The position numbers were made by a program, and so were the translations under genes. From NCBI GenBank assembly GCA_965112155.1, contig OZ218114.1: 64,000 bases of DNA; one strand, 5' to 3'. Every line of letters begins with the position of its first letter. The first letter of the stretch is position 1. Origin of the DNA: Podarcis liolepis (lineage: Eukaryota). Of the stretch, positions 37,412 through 50,118 are shown one piece after another. Under the pieces are notes generated by a model. It saw only the letters and a program-made list of their open reading frames with translations. It was not told the DNA's origin and searched no databases.

Positions 37412-37540
37412 CTTCACATTCACAGCCTCCTCCCTTAGCTCGGTTGGCGACGGCGGCAGTGTAGGACCGGGCATCCAGGATCAGCAGCTTCTGAGGTGTT
37501 GCTGAACTCTCCACACTTGAGCACGCAGTCAGAGATGAAT
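37412..37540 (-). CDS. MTMR4: MTMR4 exon
   Basis: SSLTACSSVESSATPQKLLILDARSYTAAVANRAKGGGCECE; 129 nt. Confidence 0.95.
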
Positions 37541-38406
37541 CTGCAAAAAAGGACACTTCAGTCTCCCATCTCCCGATCCATGTCCTAATTCTATACAATC
37601 TGCCCAGCAATATGGAATTCAGAAGAAAAATAAAAAAGCGGCCTCAGAGTGAACTTGAACAAAAGTACCAACAAAGGATAACTAAGCAGCCTTTGCCTTC
37701 TTTGCAGTCATAATTCTCAGAAGCATTACATGATGCCATATCTAGAATACTATTTCTGGTTTGGGCCTTGTGAACAAGTGTTCAAGGAGGAGAAATTCAA
37801 ACAGAAATTGGAGGTGGCAAACAGAGAGCAGCTTTCAGGGATAAAGTAATGAGGAAAGGGTATAACTGCACTCCACAAGTCTGTCAGAGGCATAACAAGA
37901 GATGACAACGAACTACACTCTTTAAACAAAAACTGTAGGCGCAACCATTAATGTCCTTACACTGGCCATTAGCTGTTTTGATAGGGAATCAGAGGTCGGC
38001 TTGCAGCCTTCTCTCTCTGCTCTCACAACACTCCCAATTGCAGTGTGTTCAGAGCAGAGCTGGGGGGGGGGAACGACTTATCAGCTCTCATGATCTGCTT
38101 TTTAGATGGCTAACTGGGATCATAATCTTGGAGTCTTTCTTTCCAGCTTCTGGCAGTAGCTGCCCTCCTAGAACCTTTCAGCAGAAAACCAGCTTGTGGC
38201 TTTATTTGCACAATTCCGATGTGGAACAGGGACTGGACTAAAGAGAATTCCGGGGCTACAATTTTAACCACACTCTTCAAGAAGACACTAGAAGTAAGGC
38301 CAGGCCTATGCTATCATGGTCAAGGGACCAAACTCTGCCAAAGGGCGATACAGCATTTAAGCAGCAAAAGTTGAGAGATGAGAACATGCCTGCCTGCCTT
38401 ACTTAC

Positions 38407-38603
38407 CAAAACCAGCATCACAGGCCTCGTTCCCGTCGCTGAGCCCAGAGTGCGGGGTCCCCCCTGCCAGCCTCTGTCCAGGGTTCAAGGCACAGGCTTT
38501 GGCGATGGAGGTTACGAGGTACTCGTCATCAGCGTTGCGCCAGCCCCACCAGCTGATCTCCGGCTGACTGCAGCGCGCAATCACCGCCCCGTTGCGCAAA
38601 TGT
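38407..38603 (-). CDS. MTMR4: MTMR4 exon
   Basis: HLRNGAVIARCSQPEISWWGWRNADDEYLV...; 197 nt, phase 2 to 1. Confidence 0.95.
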
Positions 38604-39396
38604 CTGGGAAGGAAATCAAGGAAGCCCACTAGTCCCAGAGTACATGGACCTGTCTCAAGAAGCCACAGCTTCTCAGCCAAATAATAAGGATATTTTTTGA
38701 TCGGGGAGGTCAGCATTTCCCAGGATCCCATGAAAGAATATGGAGCCTTATTCCATATTGCATGTATGATCTAGTAGCTGGACTAGATGACCCTCAGAAT
38801 CCCGTCCAACTCTACAATTCTATGTTTGCAGCAACCTTCCACAATGCCGTACCCTCCAGATGTTTCGGACTACAAATCCCATGATCCCTGTCCATTGCCT
38901 ATGCTGGCTGGGGATGCTAGGAGTTGTAGGACTGAGAGACAGAGAGAAAGATCTGCAAAGCAACATGAGGAAAAGGTCCTCCCTGTTACTTGAGTTATGA
39001 AAATGCAAAAATAAGAAGGTAAATTCTGTGTCAAAGACCAGACCTTGTGCTGCAGATGAGGGTACACAGCCCAGAACTCACTCTCTTTCTGCAAAGGCTC
39101 TGTACATACAACACCAACTAAATAACAAATAAATTCCCATAGCAACTCTAGAACCAAACCAGACAGCAACAAGGATGGTGGTATGGGTTTTGTAGATCAC
39201 GCCATGAGCCTACAGATCATCTAGTCTACTTGGCCTATATCTAAAAACAGATGAATAATCCAATTTGATCAATCTTTGGCTGATAAGATATAAGCAGGAC
39301 CATGGTTTGCAGCCTTCAACCCACAGAATCTCAGTGATTCCCCTCAGCTGCCACTGGATTTGAAACCTTCTATAGTTGAAGCATTCTTTTTCGTAC

Positions 39397-39510
39397 CTAT
39401 ACACAACTGCTGGAATTCGCTTCCACGATCGAAAGGAAGCCACGTTCTCCAGCTCCTTGTCAGTGATCCAAACAGGAACCAGGAGTTTCTGCGGGTAGCT
39501 GGTGCACAAC
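39397..39510 (-). CDS. MTMR4: MTMR4 exon
   Basis: LCTSYPQKLLVPVWITDKELENVASFRSWKRIPAVVY; 114 nt. Confidence 0.96.
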
Positions 39511-39650
39511 CTAAGAAAGAAACGACACAGGGAGCTGACCATGGGACAGGAGTGAAAGAAATGAGAGCAAATTCCAGACCTTATTTTTTAAAAAAACTTG
39601 CAAGGCTGTGCATGTTTGGAGAGCCACTAAGAAGAACTTCTGAAATGTGT

Positions 39651-39733
<83 letters not shown>

Positions 39734-39734
39734 C
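39651..39734. repeat. Compound (AGC)n(AAC)n microsatellite
   Basis: About 9 AGC then about 19 AAC units, intronic. Confidence 0.97.
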
Positions 39735-40084
39735 GGGCTCTTCAACTGGAAATAGAAGGGGAAGAAAAGGGATAGGCAATCTTAGGTGATCACAAGTGGG
39801 GCGGGAGCAGGGGGCCTTTTTCAGCCCAAGGGTAGCACTTCGGACCTGGGGAAATGTCCAAAGGCTGCATGCCAGTGATGGGCGGAGCTAGAGGCAAAAG
39901 TGGGTGGGTCAAAGATGTGACTCTCACCTTTGTACAACAAGATGCATTCCAATCACACAATACTGGATTTTTTGTGGGTTTCTACACACCTCACACACAC
40001 ACACACATCCTCTCTCCATCCAGACAATCAAGAGGCATTGTCTCTGCTCCTATATTATTTGTTTCACGTTCCTATATTCTAAAG

Positions 40085-40382
40085 CAGGGGTTCCCAAACT
40101 TTTTTGGACCACTATCCCCTTGGGTCCCATCAACTCATTCCCAGTATCCTACCCTAAAAGAAGCATTATTCAGAATAGCCATTTGGAGGACCCACTATGG
40201 AAGATAATAACACAATAAAATTCAAAGCAGTAACAATCTATTGCACATTTATTCAAAATCCAGTTAAAGAATTAATTCAACAAAGCTGATGAACTTGATC
40301 CAGTGATGCCAGCATTTGAAGTCTGATAGTCATATCTACCTCCAGCACCCCCCTAGGTAATCTCACCCTTTGGGAACCACTG
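40085..40382. mobile_element. Non-autonomous hAT DNA transposon, intact ends
   Basis: TIRs CAGGGGTTCCCAAA / TTTGGGAACCACTG; perfect 8-bp TSD TTCTAAAG (40077-40084, 40383-40390). Confidence 0.92.
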
Positions 40383-40491
40383 TTCTAAAGGGATAGATGC
40401 CTAGCTAATGTAATGCCCAGTAACAAGGCGGGTGAGGGGCTGCAGATTCTTTTTGCCTCTGAAGATGGTGAAGCCTTTATCGATGACTCAC

Positions 40492-40588
40492 TTGTAGTTG
40501 TTATTGATGTCAGAAACCCTCCACACATTTTGCAAGTCAAAGCCCATCCGAGTCAGCTCCATCTCAAAGCGGTATTTCACATGGTCTC
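40492..40588 (-). CDS. MTMR4: MTMR4 exon
   Basis: DHVKYRFEMELTRMGFDLQNVWRVSDINNNY; 97 nt, phase 1 to 2. Confidence 0.94.
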
Positions 40589-40912
40589 CTGTAAAGGGAT
40601 AAGCAGGTTTTTTTTAAGTCAGCTCAAGCACCAAGTGCCATCCAGAAGTTTGGGACTCCAGCTCCCACCATTCCCGTCAAAACTGCCACATGATGCTGCA
40701 AAAGATGGCAGCACAGTCGTGCTGGCTGGGGCTGATGGGAGCTGTCGTCCAAAATCTCTGGAGGGAAACCAGGTAAGCAAAGGCTGTCAGAGCACAGCTC
40801 TGTCTTAAATTGGTGAGGAGGGGGTTAACGGGGCCCAGCATGGCGAGGCATGAAAAACGGCGGCTAGAGGCCCCTCTTAGATTTGCCTTAGAAGGTGTCC
40901 CTTTTGACCTAC

Positions 40913-41079
40913 CAGGGCGGCAGAGGTGGGCATGCTGGTCCTCCTCATCAGCACAAACCCCCAAGCACCAGGCGTGGTAAGCAAACGCAAACAGGTCTTC
41001 CGGCCTGGTAGGGCGAGCGATGGCTCGGCTCAGCCTTTTCAGCCATTCCTGGCATTGCTTAAAAGTAGAAAAATGGCAC
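40913..41079 (-). CDS. MTMR4: MTMR4 exon (end of PH-GRAM)
   Basis: CHFSTFKQCQEWLKRLSRAIARPTRPEDLFAFAYHAWC...; 167 nt. Confidence 0.95.
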
Positions 41080-41379
41080 CTGCAAGACATAGATGGGTAC
41101 AGGCACACTTTGTAATGCTCAGAAAAGCAAGACAGACAAACTGAACTACAGGAATGAACGGAGACATAAGCACCCACAATCTCTTTGATGTCTACTGCCT
41201 GTGGCCACTAGCTTAGAGACTCAATAAAAACATTTAACAACAAAAGCTCTGGATAATGGGATGATATATCTACTAGACCTGTGACATGTACCTAAGAACA
41301 GCAAGGTTTGAACCACTTTTGTTCCTAGTGCTGTTGCTTTTTAAAACATACGTATAAATACAACTTCAAAAAACCACTT

Positions 41380-41745
41380 AAGAACATAGGAAGAGTCTGC
41401 TGAATCAGGCCAAAGGCCCATGTAGTTCAGCATGTTTTCACAGTGGCCGACCAGATAGCTGTAGGAAACCCTCAAACAGATTCCAAGCACAAGAGCCCTT
41501 TCCCTTCCTGTGGTTTCCAGCAACTGGTATTCAAAAGCATTACAGCCTCTGACTGTGGAGGCAGAGCAGAGCCATCGTGGCTAGTAGCCATCATTAGCCC
41601 TCTCCTCCATAATAATAATAATATAATAATAATAATAATAATTTATTATTTATACCCCGCCCATCTGGCTGGGCTTCCCCAGCCACTCTGGGCGGCTTCC
41701 AAAAGAATATTAAAATACTATAATACATCAAACATTAAAAGCTAA
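41380..41745 (-). mobile_element. CR1-type tail followed by (AAT)n and a second retroelement 3' end
   Basis: taagaacatag...gctgaatcaggccaaaggcccat tail; (AAT)n 41609-41642; ataccccgcccatctggctggg...ccactctgggcggctt motif. Confidence 0.65.
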
Positions 41746-42995
41746 TCTTCTTTTAAAGCCATCAGCGTTGGTAGCCCCAAAGACAAATTTGTAGAGGAGA
41801 GTTCTTTGCAAGGTGTTGTTAGCCAGGGCAGAAAACTGAACTTCCATTTGCAGGGGAAGTCTACCTCTGAATACCAGATGGTGATGGAGGAAATAAAGTG
41901 GGTGGGGGGGCACTGCTGCCTTCACGAACTGCTTCTGGGCTGCTCCCCGTTGGAAAGAGAACGCTGGACAAGTTTAACCTTGGCCTAATTCACCTAGGCA
42001 ATTCTTATGTTCTGGTGAGGGGACCTGGTTTACAGACCACACTACCAACACCATATGTTAAGAGGAGTGGTGGGGAATCCCCCGCATGCAGCTCACAGCC
42101 AGATTTTAACTGTGCCATTGGGGAAGGAAGAGGGTTTTGATGCCATGCAGCATGCAATGGCAGCTCTGCCCATTACAAGTTCAAAGCATGGAAAGGCTCG
42201 TAGCTCAGTGGTAGAGCATCTGCTTTGGATGTAGATGGTCCTAAGTTCAATTACTAATGGCAGCACCAGGTAGGACCGAGAATGTTCTCTGTCTGAAACC
42301 CTGGAGGGCCTCTGCCGGTCAGTTCAGATGTAGACAATACTGAGCTAGATGGACCAAAGGTCTGGGCTTAGTGCAAGGCAGCTTTCTATGTTGGAAATGT
42401 CTTGGCAGACTCAGAACCCTTGCAAATATGCAAAAAGGAGTCCATGCATTTTGCAACTGCATGTGTGCAATTTCTGAGATGCAGCTGATTTCTGAAGTTT
42501 ACAAAAACCGTAAGGCAGAGTTTGTAGTTCAATTGTGTGCACTGAAGTTATTTGCATTCTTCCAAGGGGATTTAATGAGTTTGCATTTTTCAAAGCCAGG
42601 ATAGAAAAAGGGTGTTGAAGAGCTTTTTCTATAATCTCTGTGCTAAAAAAAGAAAAAAAGGACTGACGAAGAAAAACGTGAAACATGAATGGCATTGCTA
42701 AGAATTAAATACATGTGTCTGTTTCCATGGGAAATAGGTTTGTGTGGTGGTGTGCATTAATTTTTGTTTATTTAATAACATTAATATTCTGCCCTTTCTC
42801 ACAGATGATCTCAAGGCAGGTCACGACACAACAGAGAGATGTGTGGGTCTGGTCTGACCCAATACTGGAATGTATAACCACAACAGGTTTCCAAGGGGAA
42901 TGTGGCCCTTCACCCAAAATGAGTTTCCCCCACCCCCTCATTTATGTTAGTTACCTGCCTGCTATAACCCTAGGCTGTCATCAGGTAGCACCTAC

Positions 42996-43078
42996 CTGAC
43001 TACTTTGGAGTCCTTGCAGACAATGTGAAGCTGGAACATGTCCCGACTCTCCACACTTTCCATCATTCTCAAAGGCAC
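42996..43078 (-). CDS. MTMR4: MTMR4 exon (PH-GRAM)
   Basis: VPLRMMESVESRDMFQLHIVCKDSKVV; 83 nt, phase 0 to 2. Confidence 0.95.
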
Positions 43079-43118
43079 CTAGAACAAAAGACAAGGAATG
43101 AGTGAATCAGTGTGAGGT

Positions 43119-43320
43119 TGTGCGGTGTAGTGGTTATGGAGTGTCAGACAAGAACCTTGGAGACCAGGGTTCAAATCCCTGCTCAGCCATGAAGTTCACT
43201 GAGTGACACTGGGCCAGTCACAGTCTAAACTACCTCACAGGGTTGCACAGGATAAAAGGGGAAGGGAGCACTAAGGGAGCTCCTAGGAGGATAGGTGGGA
43301 TATAAATGTAATTAATAAGT
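43119..43320 (+). mobile_element. MIR-like tRNA SINE
   Basis: gtgtagtggtta...gggttcaaatcc...ctacctcacagggttg core; copies near 35960, 52316, 55770 and inverted near 51057. Confidence 0.75.
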
Positions 43321-43975
43321 AAATTAACTAACTAACAAGGCAGGCAAATGCCAACCTCTGCGGGCAGAAACCTAACCAAACTTCCCACATTTCTAATATC
43401 CCAGATTAAGATATGCTGAGGTCCAAAGGGATGTCACATTAATGAGGCCCCACAGCATTAACAACAAAATCTGTATTATTCTAACAGAGAGGTTATCTGT
43501 ATACCACCAGTTGCCCACAAGTTTCACCCAGGCGGTCCAGAGGCATTCATATTGACTTTTAATTGCATCTCCATTGTTTCTTTTACTTCCTATATTTGCA
43601 TATTATTGTGTTACAATTTTCAGTGAATCCTTCAAGAAGGAATTCCACGCACCTCACCCACAAATGTCAGATTGGTAGTGATCTTTCTAAGGGTGTTTGT
43701 GCATGTATCTTCCTCCAGAGGGTATGATTGTTCCCTCCCTTTGCTTGAGTCACCTGGGGCTGCTTGAAGAACAAACAGCCCAGACTGAGTGGGTTGATCA
43801 GGAATGCAGGGGGACAGGGGAGCAAGGAGCACCCAAATAGGACCATTTTGGCAGCAGGGTTGAAAAGGGGAGAATAAAGGACTCTTCCAATGGTAAGGGG
43901 GGGAGCGACCTAATCAAAGACATTGCAGACTCTGCCCAAACAGACAGACAGACAGACGTGTAGCCCCAGACGTAC

Positions 43976-44092
43976 GTTGATTACAGAGTCTTTAAACTTG
44001 ATATGGAGCCGGTAGTTGGAAATGGCAATGATGGCGTCACTCGCATGGCCCAAATATTCCACACCCTCTCCCTGTAGCACTGAAAATGGAAC
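43976..44092 (-). CDS. MTMR4: MTMR4 exon (PH-GRAM)
   Basis: VPFSVLQGEGVEYLGHASDAIIAISNYRLHIKFKDSVIN; 117 nt. Confidence 0.96.
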
Positions 44093-44592
44093 CTGGAAGG
44101 GGAAAGGAGGAGTGTTAAAACCTTCTGGCTGAAGTTCCAAGGAGGCCACCACCCACAGCATCACTTGAACAGGTGACTAAGAGAGAGAGAGAAATATTGA
44201 CATCTAAGTCCATGAGGACTTCCACTTGGGAACAAGCTGGAAAGTTCTCAAGGTACTGGAGCAGTGCTCTACAATCTGGAATCCCCTGAAGATGTTGGAC
44301 TACAAGTCCCATCACTTCACCCCACCCCAGCTAGCATAGTCAACAGTCAGGAATGATGGAAGCTGTAGGCCAAAATCACCTGGGGACAAGAAGGGTTGAA
44401 GGACACTGCACTGGGATACAAAAAGAGCAAGGTCACTAAGCCTGTTCCTGGCTCTACAGTTCCCACCATCAGTCCAGCACTCTTCTGGGTGTCTGCAGTG
44501 GGAACAGGTCCCAAGAGATGCATGGAAGCAATGGCTACAATCTCCTCAAAATACAGCCTCGGATTTCCTCTTCTTTTAAAACAAGGAGTTAG

Positions 44593-44711
44593 GAACATGA
44601 GGAGTGTGACACCACACACACAGCACGCAACGTCATGTTGCATTTTTGGAGGAGCCCCACTCCAAAAGTGTGACGCAATGTTACACGTTGTGTGTGTGAT
44701 GTCACATGTTC
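44593..44711. repeat. Imperfect inverted repeat (probable MITE core)
   Basis: gtgtgacaccacacac...tttttggag / ctccaaaa...gtgtgtgatgtcacat arms. Confidence 0.6.
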
Positions 44712-47315
44712 GCGTTATGGTGGCTGGCACCCACAATCCTGAGGGTGAGATGGCGCCCCTGCTTCTTCAGGAAGGCTGGGAGAGACCCCCACAAGTCTTC
44801 ACTTGCTACAGTAGATGATTCTGTATATAAGGCAGCTTCTTTGTTTCTAATATGACCAGCCAACTGAAGTTACCTCCCAATTACTGTATCTCCCTGCTAT
44901 GTTCAGATACATACTGCACAAATACCATACAACCACATTTTAAGAGCTTTCCCCCAGCCCCCTTCCCCCAACCCCCCCATCAAGGATGTGGGAAGAGATG
45001 ATCCTCTGAACTGTTGGTCTGTACTGCATTTGAACCGAACTGCTAAATTGTGTTTGTTTCCTCCTGAAAACATCAAGGGGTATCTTCCCATGCTTAAATA
45101 TAGATCTCCTCCATTCCTCTTTTTCCCCTTTCTGCTGGTTAACTGGGAAGCTTAACACCTGAAGGCTGGTGTGAAATTGTGCAGGGGGTGTGAAATTCTC
45201 ACAGGACTGTGGAAATCAGAGGGGGAGGGTTTGGAGTTCAATTTAGCTGGCAGCATAAAAAAGGGACGCCTCGCTGCCTCACTCTGGCCTTTTAAGTTCT
45301 GGGCTTCAACAAGGAACAAGAAAGCGTTCAGAGCCGGCTGCCTGCGTCTTTGAAACACCGCTGAGATTTTATGAAATGTGATTTTATTCCCTGGGGGAAG
45401 GAGAATATGAAATCATGCAGCAGGATGCCCAGGCTGCCTCTCCCCCCCCCCCGCCCCCCGTTACAACTCTCTGTGGCAACACTGACACAGCAAAATTGAA
45501 CAAGGCTCAAAGGCACATCGGCACATCACAGGAAGCAAATCACAGGGCATACTCTCAAAAGCCTCCTCCTGTAATTTGTTCTCACTGCCCCCATGCATAA
45601 CCATGATAAAATATATGTATGAGCACACAGAAGACAGGGAGTCCCAATTCCATATGCAGCATCCCTCTGTTTTACTTGGTTGTTTGAGTTTAATATTCTA
45701 AGATCTAGTGTGTGTGTGTGTGTGTGTCAATGCACACAATTTAAAAATCAAGGCAAAGAAAAATATATGCTAAAAATTCAGCCTCATATTTGGAAGTGTA
45801 ATCCTCCCATGCCAATAGCTGGCCCAAACAATAAATTATTACAGTCCTCCTCAGAGTATTTGGGTGGAAAGGAGGCGGCATCAGAGGGGAGCCACAGAAA
45901 ATTCCTCTCTGTGTGGGCTCTGTTTCCCTGAGGTCACTTCACAGGATATTTAGCTATCACCACCCCAATCCCTTTTAATCCAATATATAATAAATGTGTT
46001 CAGAAGTGGTATTTGGGGGATTTTGCTTAAATCTGCACTGAGTTCACCAGACAAGATCTTGTTCATATGACATTCCAGTTACATTGCCCAATTACATGGC
46101 CCATGTTGAAATCCAGGTGCAACTACATTCTCTATTTATTAGCTTCAGCTCAGAAGGCCTCTTCTATTGTGGAGGTTCCCCTTTCAAAGATGCACAACAC
46201 CTTACAGTCTATAAATGCATAGGACAGTGAATTAACAGTCTCCCAGAACCATAAAATTGTAGAGTTGGAAGGGACCATGAGGAATATTAAGTCCAACACC
46301 CTGCAATGCAGGGAAATTTTGCCCAATGTGGTACTCGAACCCACAACCCTGAGATCGCGAGAGTCTCATGATATACCAACTGAACTATCCCAGGTCGACA
46401 TAGAAATTTCTCAAATGCCTTTACAAACAAAAGGAAACCAAGGCTTGGTTGGCCCTCTGAAAGGCGTGCATAGAAAACTGTACAACTATTTTAAGACAGG
46501 ACAAAACATGTCTGGGGTCAATGCTAGTCTAGCCCAGTAGCCGTTTTCTTCAGCCTTGAACACTCACCAAGATCTCTGTAACCCAAAGATTGAGCCCTTG
46601 ATAATGTAAAAGCTTTTGTTGTTGTTTAGTCGTGTCCGACTCTTTGTGACCTCTGTTGCTACATATTTCTCATTCTGGGAGCCCAATGTGACTTTTACTG
46701 TGACAATAGCTATAATGTAATAATAAAGTCCAGCCCAGCCTGACAGCTTAGGTACGGGAGGTAGTTGTGTTCTTGGCTATCAGCGGCTGATAGACAGATT
46801 TGCAACATTTAAAGAGATTCTGTTTCTGGCTGTTCACTGTCCCAGTTCATTGCCAGGAGTGGCTTAGACCGGCATATTAAAAAACAGAAACTCAGGGTCA
46901 TTAAGGACATTTTGAATTTTCAGTTTCTTTCCCACTATTTCTTTTCTTTTGGTGGTCACAAGTCTCCAGGAGATTGTACATTCCAGCAGATTTTGTGTGC
47001 TACTCTGTCTGTCCCTGTCCCTCCCTTGCAAAGCAGAAGAAATATGGTGCAGCTCTAGAAGGGACAGAGAACTAGCTCTGAGGAGCAGGGGAAAGGACCA
47101 GGATTCACAGAGGTCTGAATGACTCCAGAGTGATAACAGTGTGTCCTTGCAGCAGCAGCTGTGACACAGCTTTGCACTCAGGCTGCAGGAAACATTCGCT
47201 TCCAGGAGTCTGGAGGGAGATTTATTACACACCCACAGTCCTCACCCCTCCTGCCCGGCCATAAGGAATCGCACCAAGCACCATCCAGCCTGCCAGAGCC
47301 CCCCAGGTAGCTTAC

Positions 47316-47405
47316 CTGTAAAGACTCTTCTTCCTTGATCAGCTCTTTGTGAGGGAACAAGTCCTTGGCCTGGATGTATTCCAGACTGGGCGGGCCTTCT
47401 TCACC
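47316..47405 (-). CDS. MTMR4: MTMR4 first shared coding exon
   Basis: GEEGPPSLEYIQAKDLFPHKELIKEEESLQ; 90 nt, phase 0 to 0. Confidence 0.96.
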
Positions 47406-49988
47406 CTGGATGCCAAACACAAGAGCAAACGCTCAGAGGGGCACAGCACATTTGCCAAAACGCCACGGGATGCACATCCCAAACACAACACAGATACACT
47501 GCTTGCACACCTCCTGCTACACTGTCACACTTTGCCTCTCCCCTGCAAAAAAACAACAACTACCCAAAAACAATCTTTCTTTTGCCTACATACAGCATGT
47601 AACTTTGCAAGAACACAAAACAACACAGGTTTCCTGTGCAGGGATGAGCCAAAGAAGAGGGCAGGCAGGGTCCATACTGTGGGGAGGCTTATAATACTGA
47701 CACACTGATACTGAACCATCTGCTATAGTCCAGGACTCAGAATACATAAGAATAACCCTTTCTGCTGCCCCCAATTCTGCCCAGCGCGAATTTATTTATT
47801 TTTTACTGAGTAGATTTATGCAGCACCAGATTTTTAAAACATCCATTAAATTCTCTAAAATGTATCCTATAATATGGTACAGAATAAAACATAATCAGCT
47901 TGGAGGCAAACAGCTGACAATATAACCACTCACAATCCAGTTAGCAACCACTACATATCAGAGTAAGACCCCTTGCCCCCTTGCCCAGGAATAGGCTGGA
48001 CAGCACAAAAATTCCAAAAATGCAGAGGGGGAAACATTCCTAATTCCTTTGTATAGAAGCACTGTCCTTGTGTTCCATCACAAGCCAGTGTGTGTTCCCC
48101 AAGATATGGACCGGATCTAGATCCCACCTCCCAAACTAAGCACCCCCCCTGTTTTAAAACCAAGCAGGGAGATGTCTCTCTTAAAAATAAGACCTCTCCT
48201 GATTTCCCTCTGAAGTCTGGATAGCTTCTGTTCAACTCCCAGGCTCATCTCAGTATCCCAGCATTCTTAGAATCATATTCTGCATGCAGTCTCTAAAAAT
48301 TCTCTAGCCCCATCTTCACTAAATCAGTTTGAAAGTGGCCCAGGGACTCTGGGACAAAGTTATATGCAGATGCTGAGAATTGTCTGAAAATAATCACGAG
48401 TTGTAAGAAAAAAAACCAGGTCAAATAAGTCCAGTATTCTGTCTCTCCCCCCCCCCCTTCCGTCCAGTGGTCAGCAAGACACTTTGGGGGAGGCCATAAA
48501 CAGTGTGCAAAGGCAAGGGTCACCTGCAACTGGAATCCTGCAGCAGAATGCCTCTGAACATGGAGGTTCTACAAAGCCACTGTGATCAACAGAAACGCAA
48601 TAGCCCCAGACTCTCAGTGCAAAGCAATGACCATTAAACAGCTTAGAGGTCATAATAATTCATTAAGCAATATATAAATCCTGTCAAATAAATAAATGAA
48701 ATAAAGCCTGCTGTGTGGTTAAGCCCCCCCTTTTTTTCAAGGTATCTACCCATAAATTATCTGCACAAAAGAAATGGGGAATTAAGCATTTTCTGAACAA
48801 TAAATAATTTTTCCACAGTCTCTTGAGAGAAGGGACCCTTCTTCTATTTTAAACCCATTTTTTACACAAAGGATGCCCATGTCTTTAAGTGTCAGGAACT
48901 ACCAGAAGTGGAAAATATTTCAAATTCCTAGGAACCAGCATAAATTCTTGTAAGAAATGAAGAAATGGGGAGGAGTGGGCTTTCTAGTCCTGAGGTTAGC
49001 TTACTTTTTTTAAAGCTAGAAATGACCTTGTCAATGCCAGTATGACTCCCCATTCACACCATACACTTAAAACACCCTTATACCCCTTTAACAGTCATGG
49101 CTTCCCGCCAAAGAAGCCTGGGAACTGTAGTTTGTTAAGGGTGCTGAAAGTTGTCACAGAGCTACAATTCCCAGCCATTATCAGTCGTAAAAGTTAATTT
49201 TCACTCTGAAAGGCCATCAGATAGAAATGGAGGGTATTTCCCCCCACCCTTTCCATCTGATCTTTTCCCGATTGTGTTTTGTTCCCTCATCTCAACTGCA
49301 AGCATAAGAAGAATCTGAAGAAAGCAGGAGGGTGATCAAACTTCTTCCCCAGAAACCAATAAACCAAGGCATCTTACATAGTTGCACATAGCTAAGCTAT
49401 GCAATTTGCTCCCACGTGATGTAGTCATAGCCACCGGCTTTGATGGCTTTAAAAGGGAGATAACACAAATCCATGGTGGATAAGGCTGTCAAGGCTACTC
49501 GCCATGCTGGCTTTGTTCTGCCGTCACTGTCTGAGTTGGTAGACCTCTGAATGCTAGTTGCTGAGGAACATGAGTGGAGATAGCACTGCTGCCCACACGT
49601 CCTGCTGGTGGGCTTCACAATGGGGCATCTTGTTGGCCACTGTGAGAACAGGATGCTGGACTAGATTGACCCCCTCTGGCCTGATCCCAGCAGCCAGGGT
49701 TTTCTTATATTATCTCATGACCTGGGTCTGGCTGGCGCAAGTACACATCACAGTTTCAAAGCTTGGACTGGGAGGGTCATGGACACTGTACCGAGTTTTC
49801 AGACCTAGCATGGAACCTATTAAAATGTTGGGAAGGGACCAGAGCTCAGAGGCAGAGCATTCACTTTGCATTTGGAAGGTCTCAGGTTCTATGACCATTT
49901 TACAGATATAAGGCAGCAGGGCCAGGATGAATCTCTGCTAGGGGCTTTGGGGAGCCAGTGATAGTCAGAAAAGGCATACTGGCCTAGA

Positions 49989-50118
49989 TCAGGTTCCCCC
50001 AACCTGGTGCTCTCCAGAAGCTGTTAGACTACAATTCCCAGTAGCCCCAGGTAGCATGATGAAGGTTGGTTGGAGCAGATGGGATTTGTAGTCCAAAACT
50101 GCAGGTTGGGAGAAGCTG
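49989..50118. mobile_element. Palindromic hAT-type MITE
   Basis: ccccaacctg...gactacaattccca / tgggatttgtagtcc...caggttggg; relatives near 38830, 40670, 44285, 52765, 61981. Confidence 0.7.
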
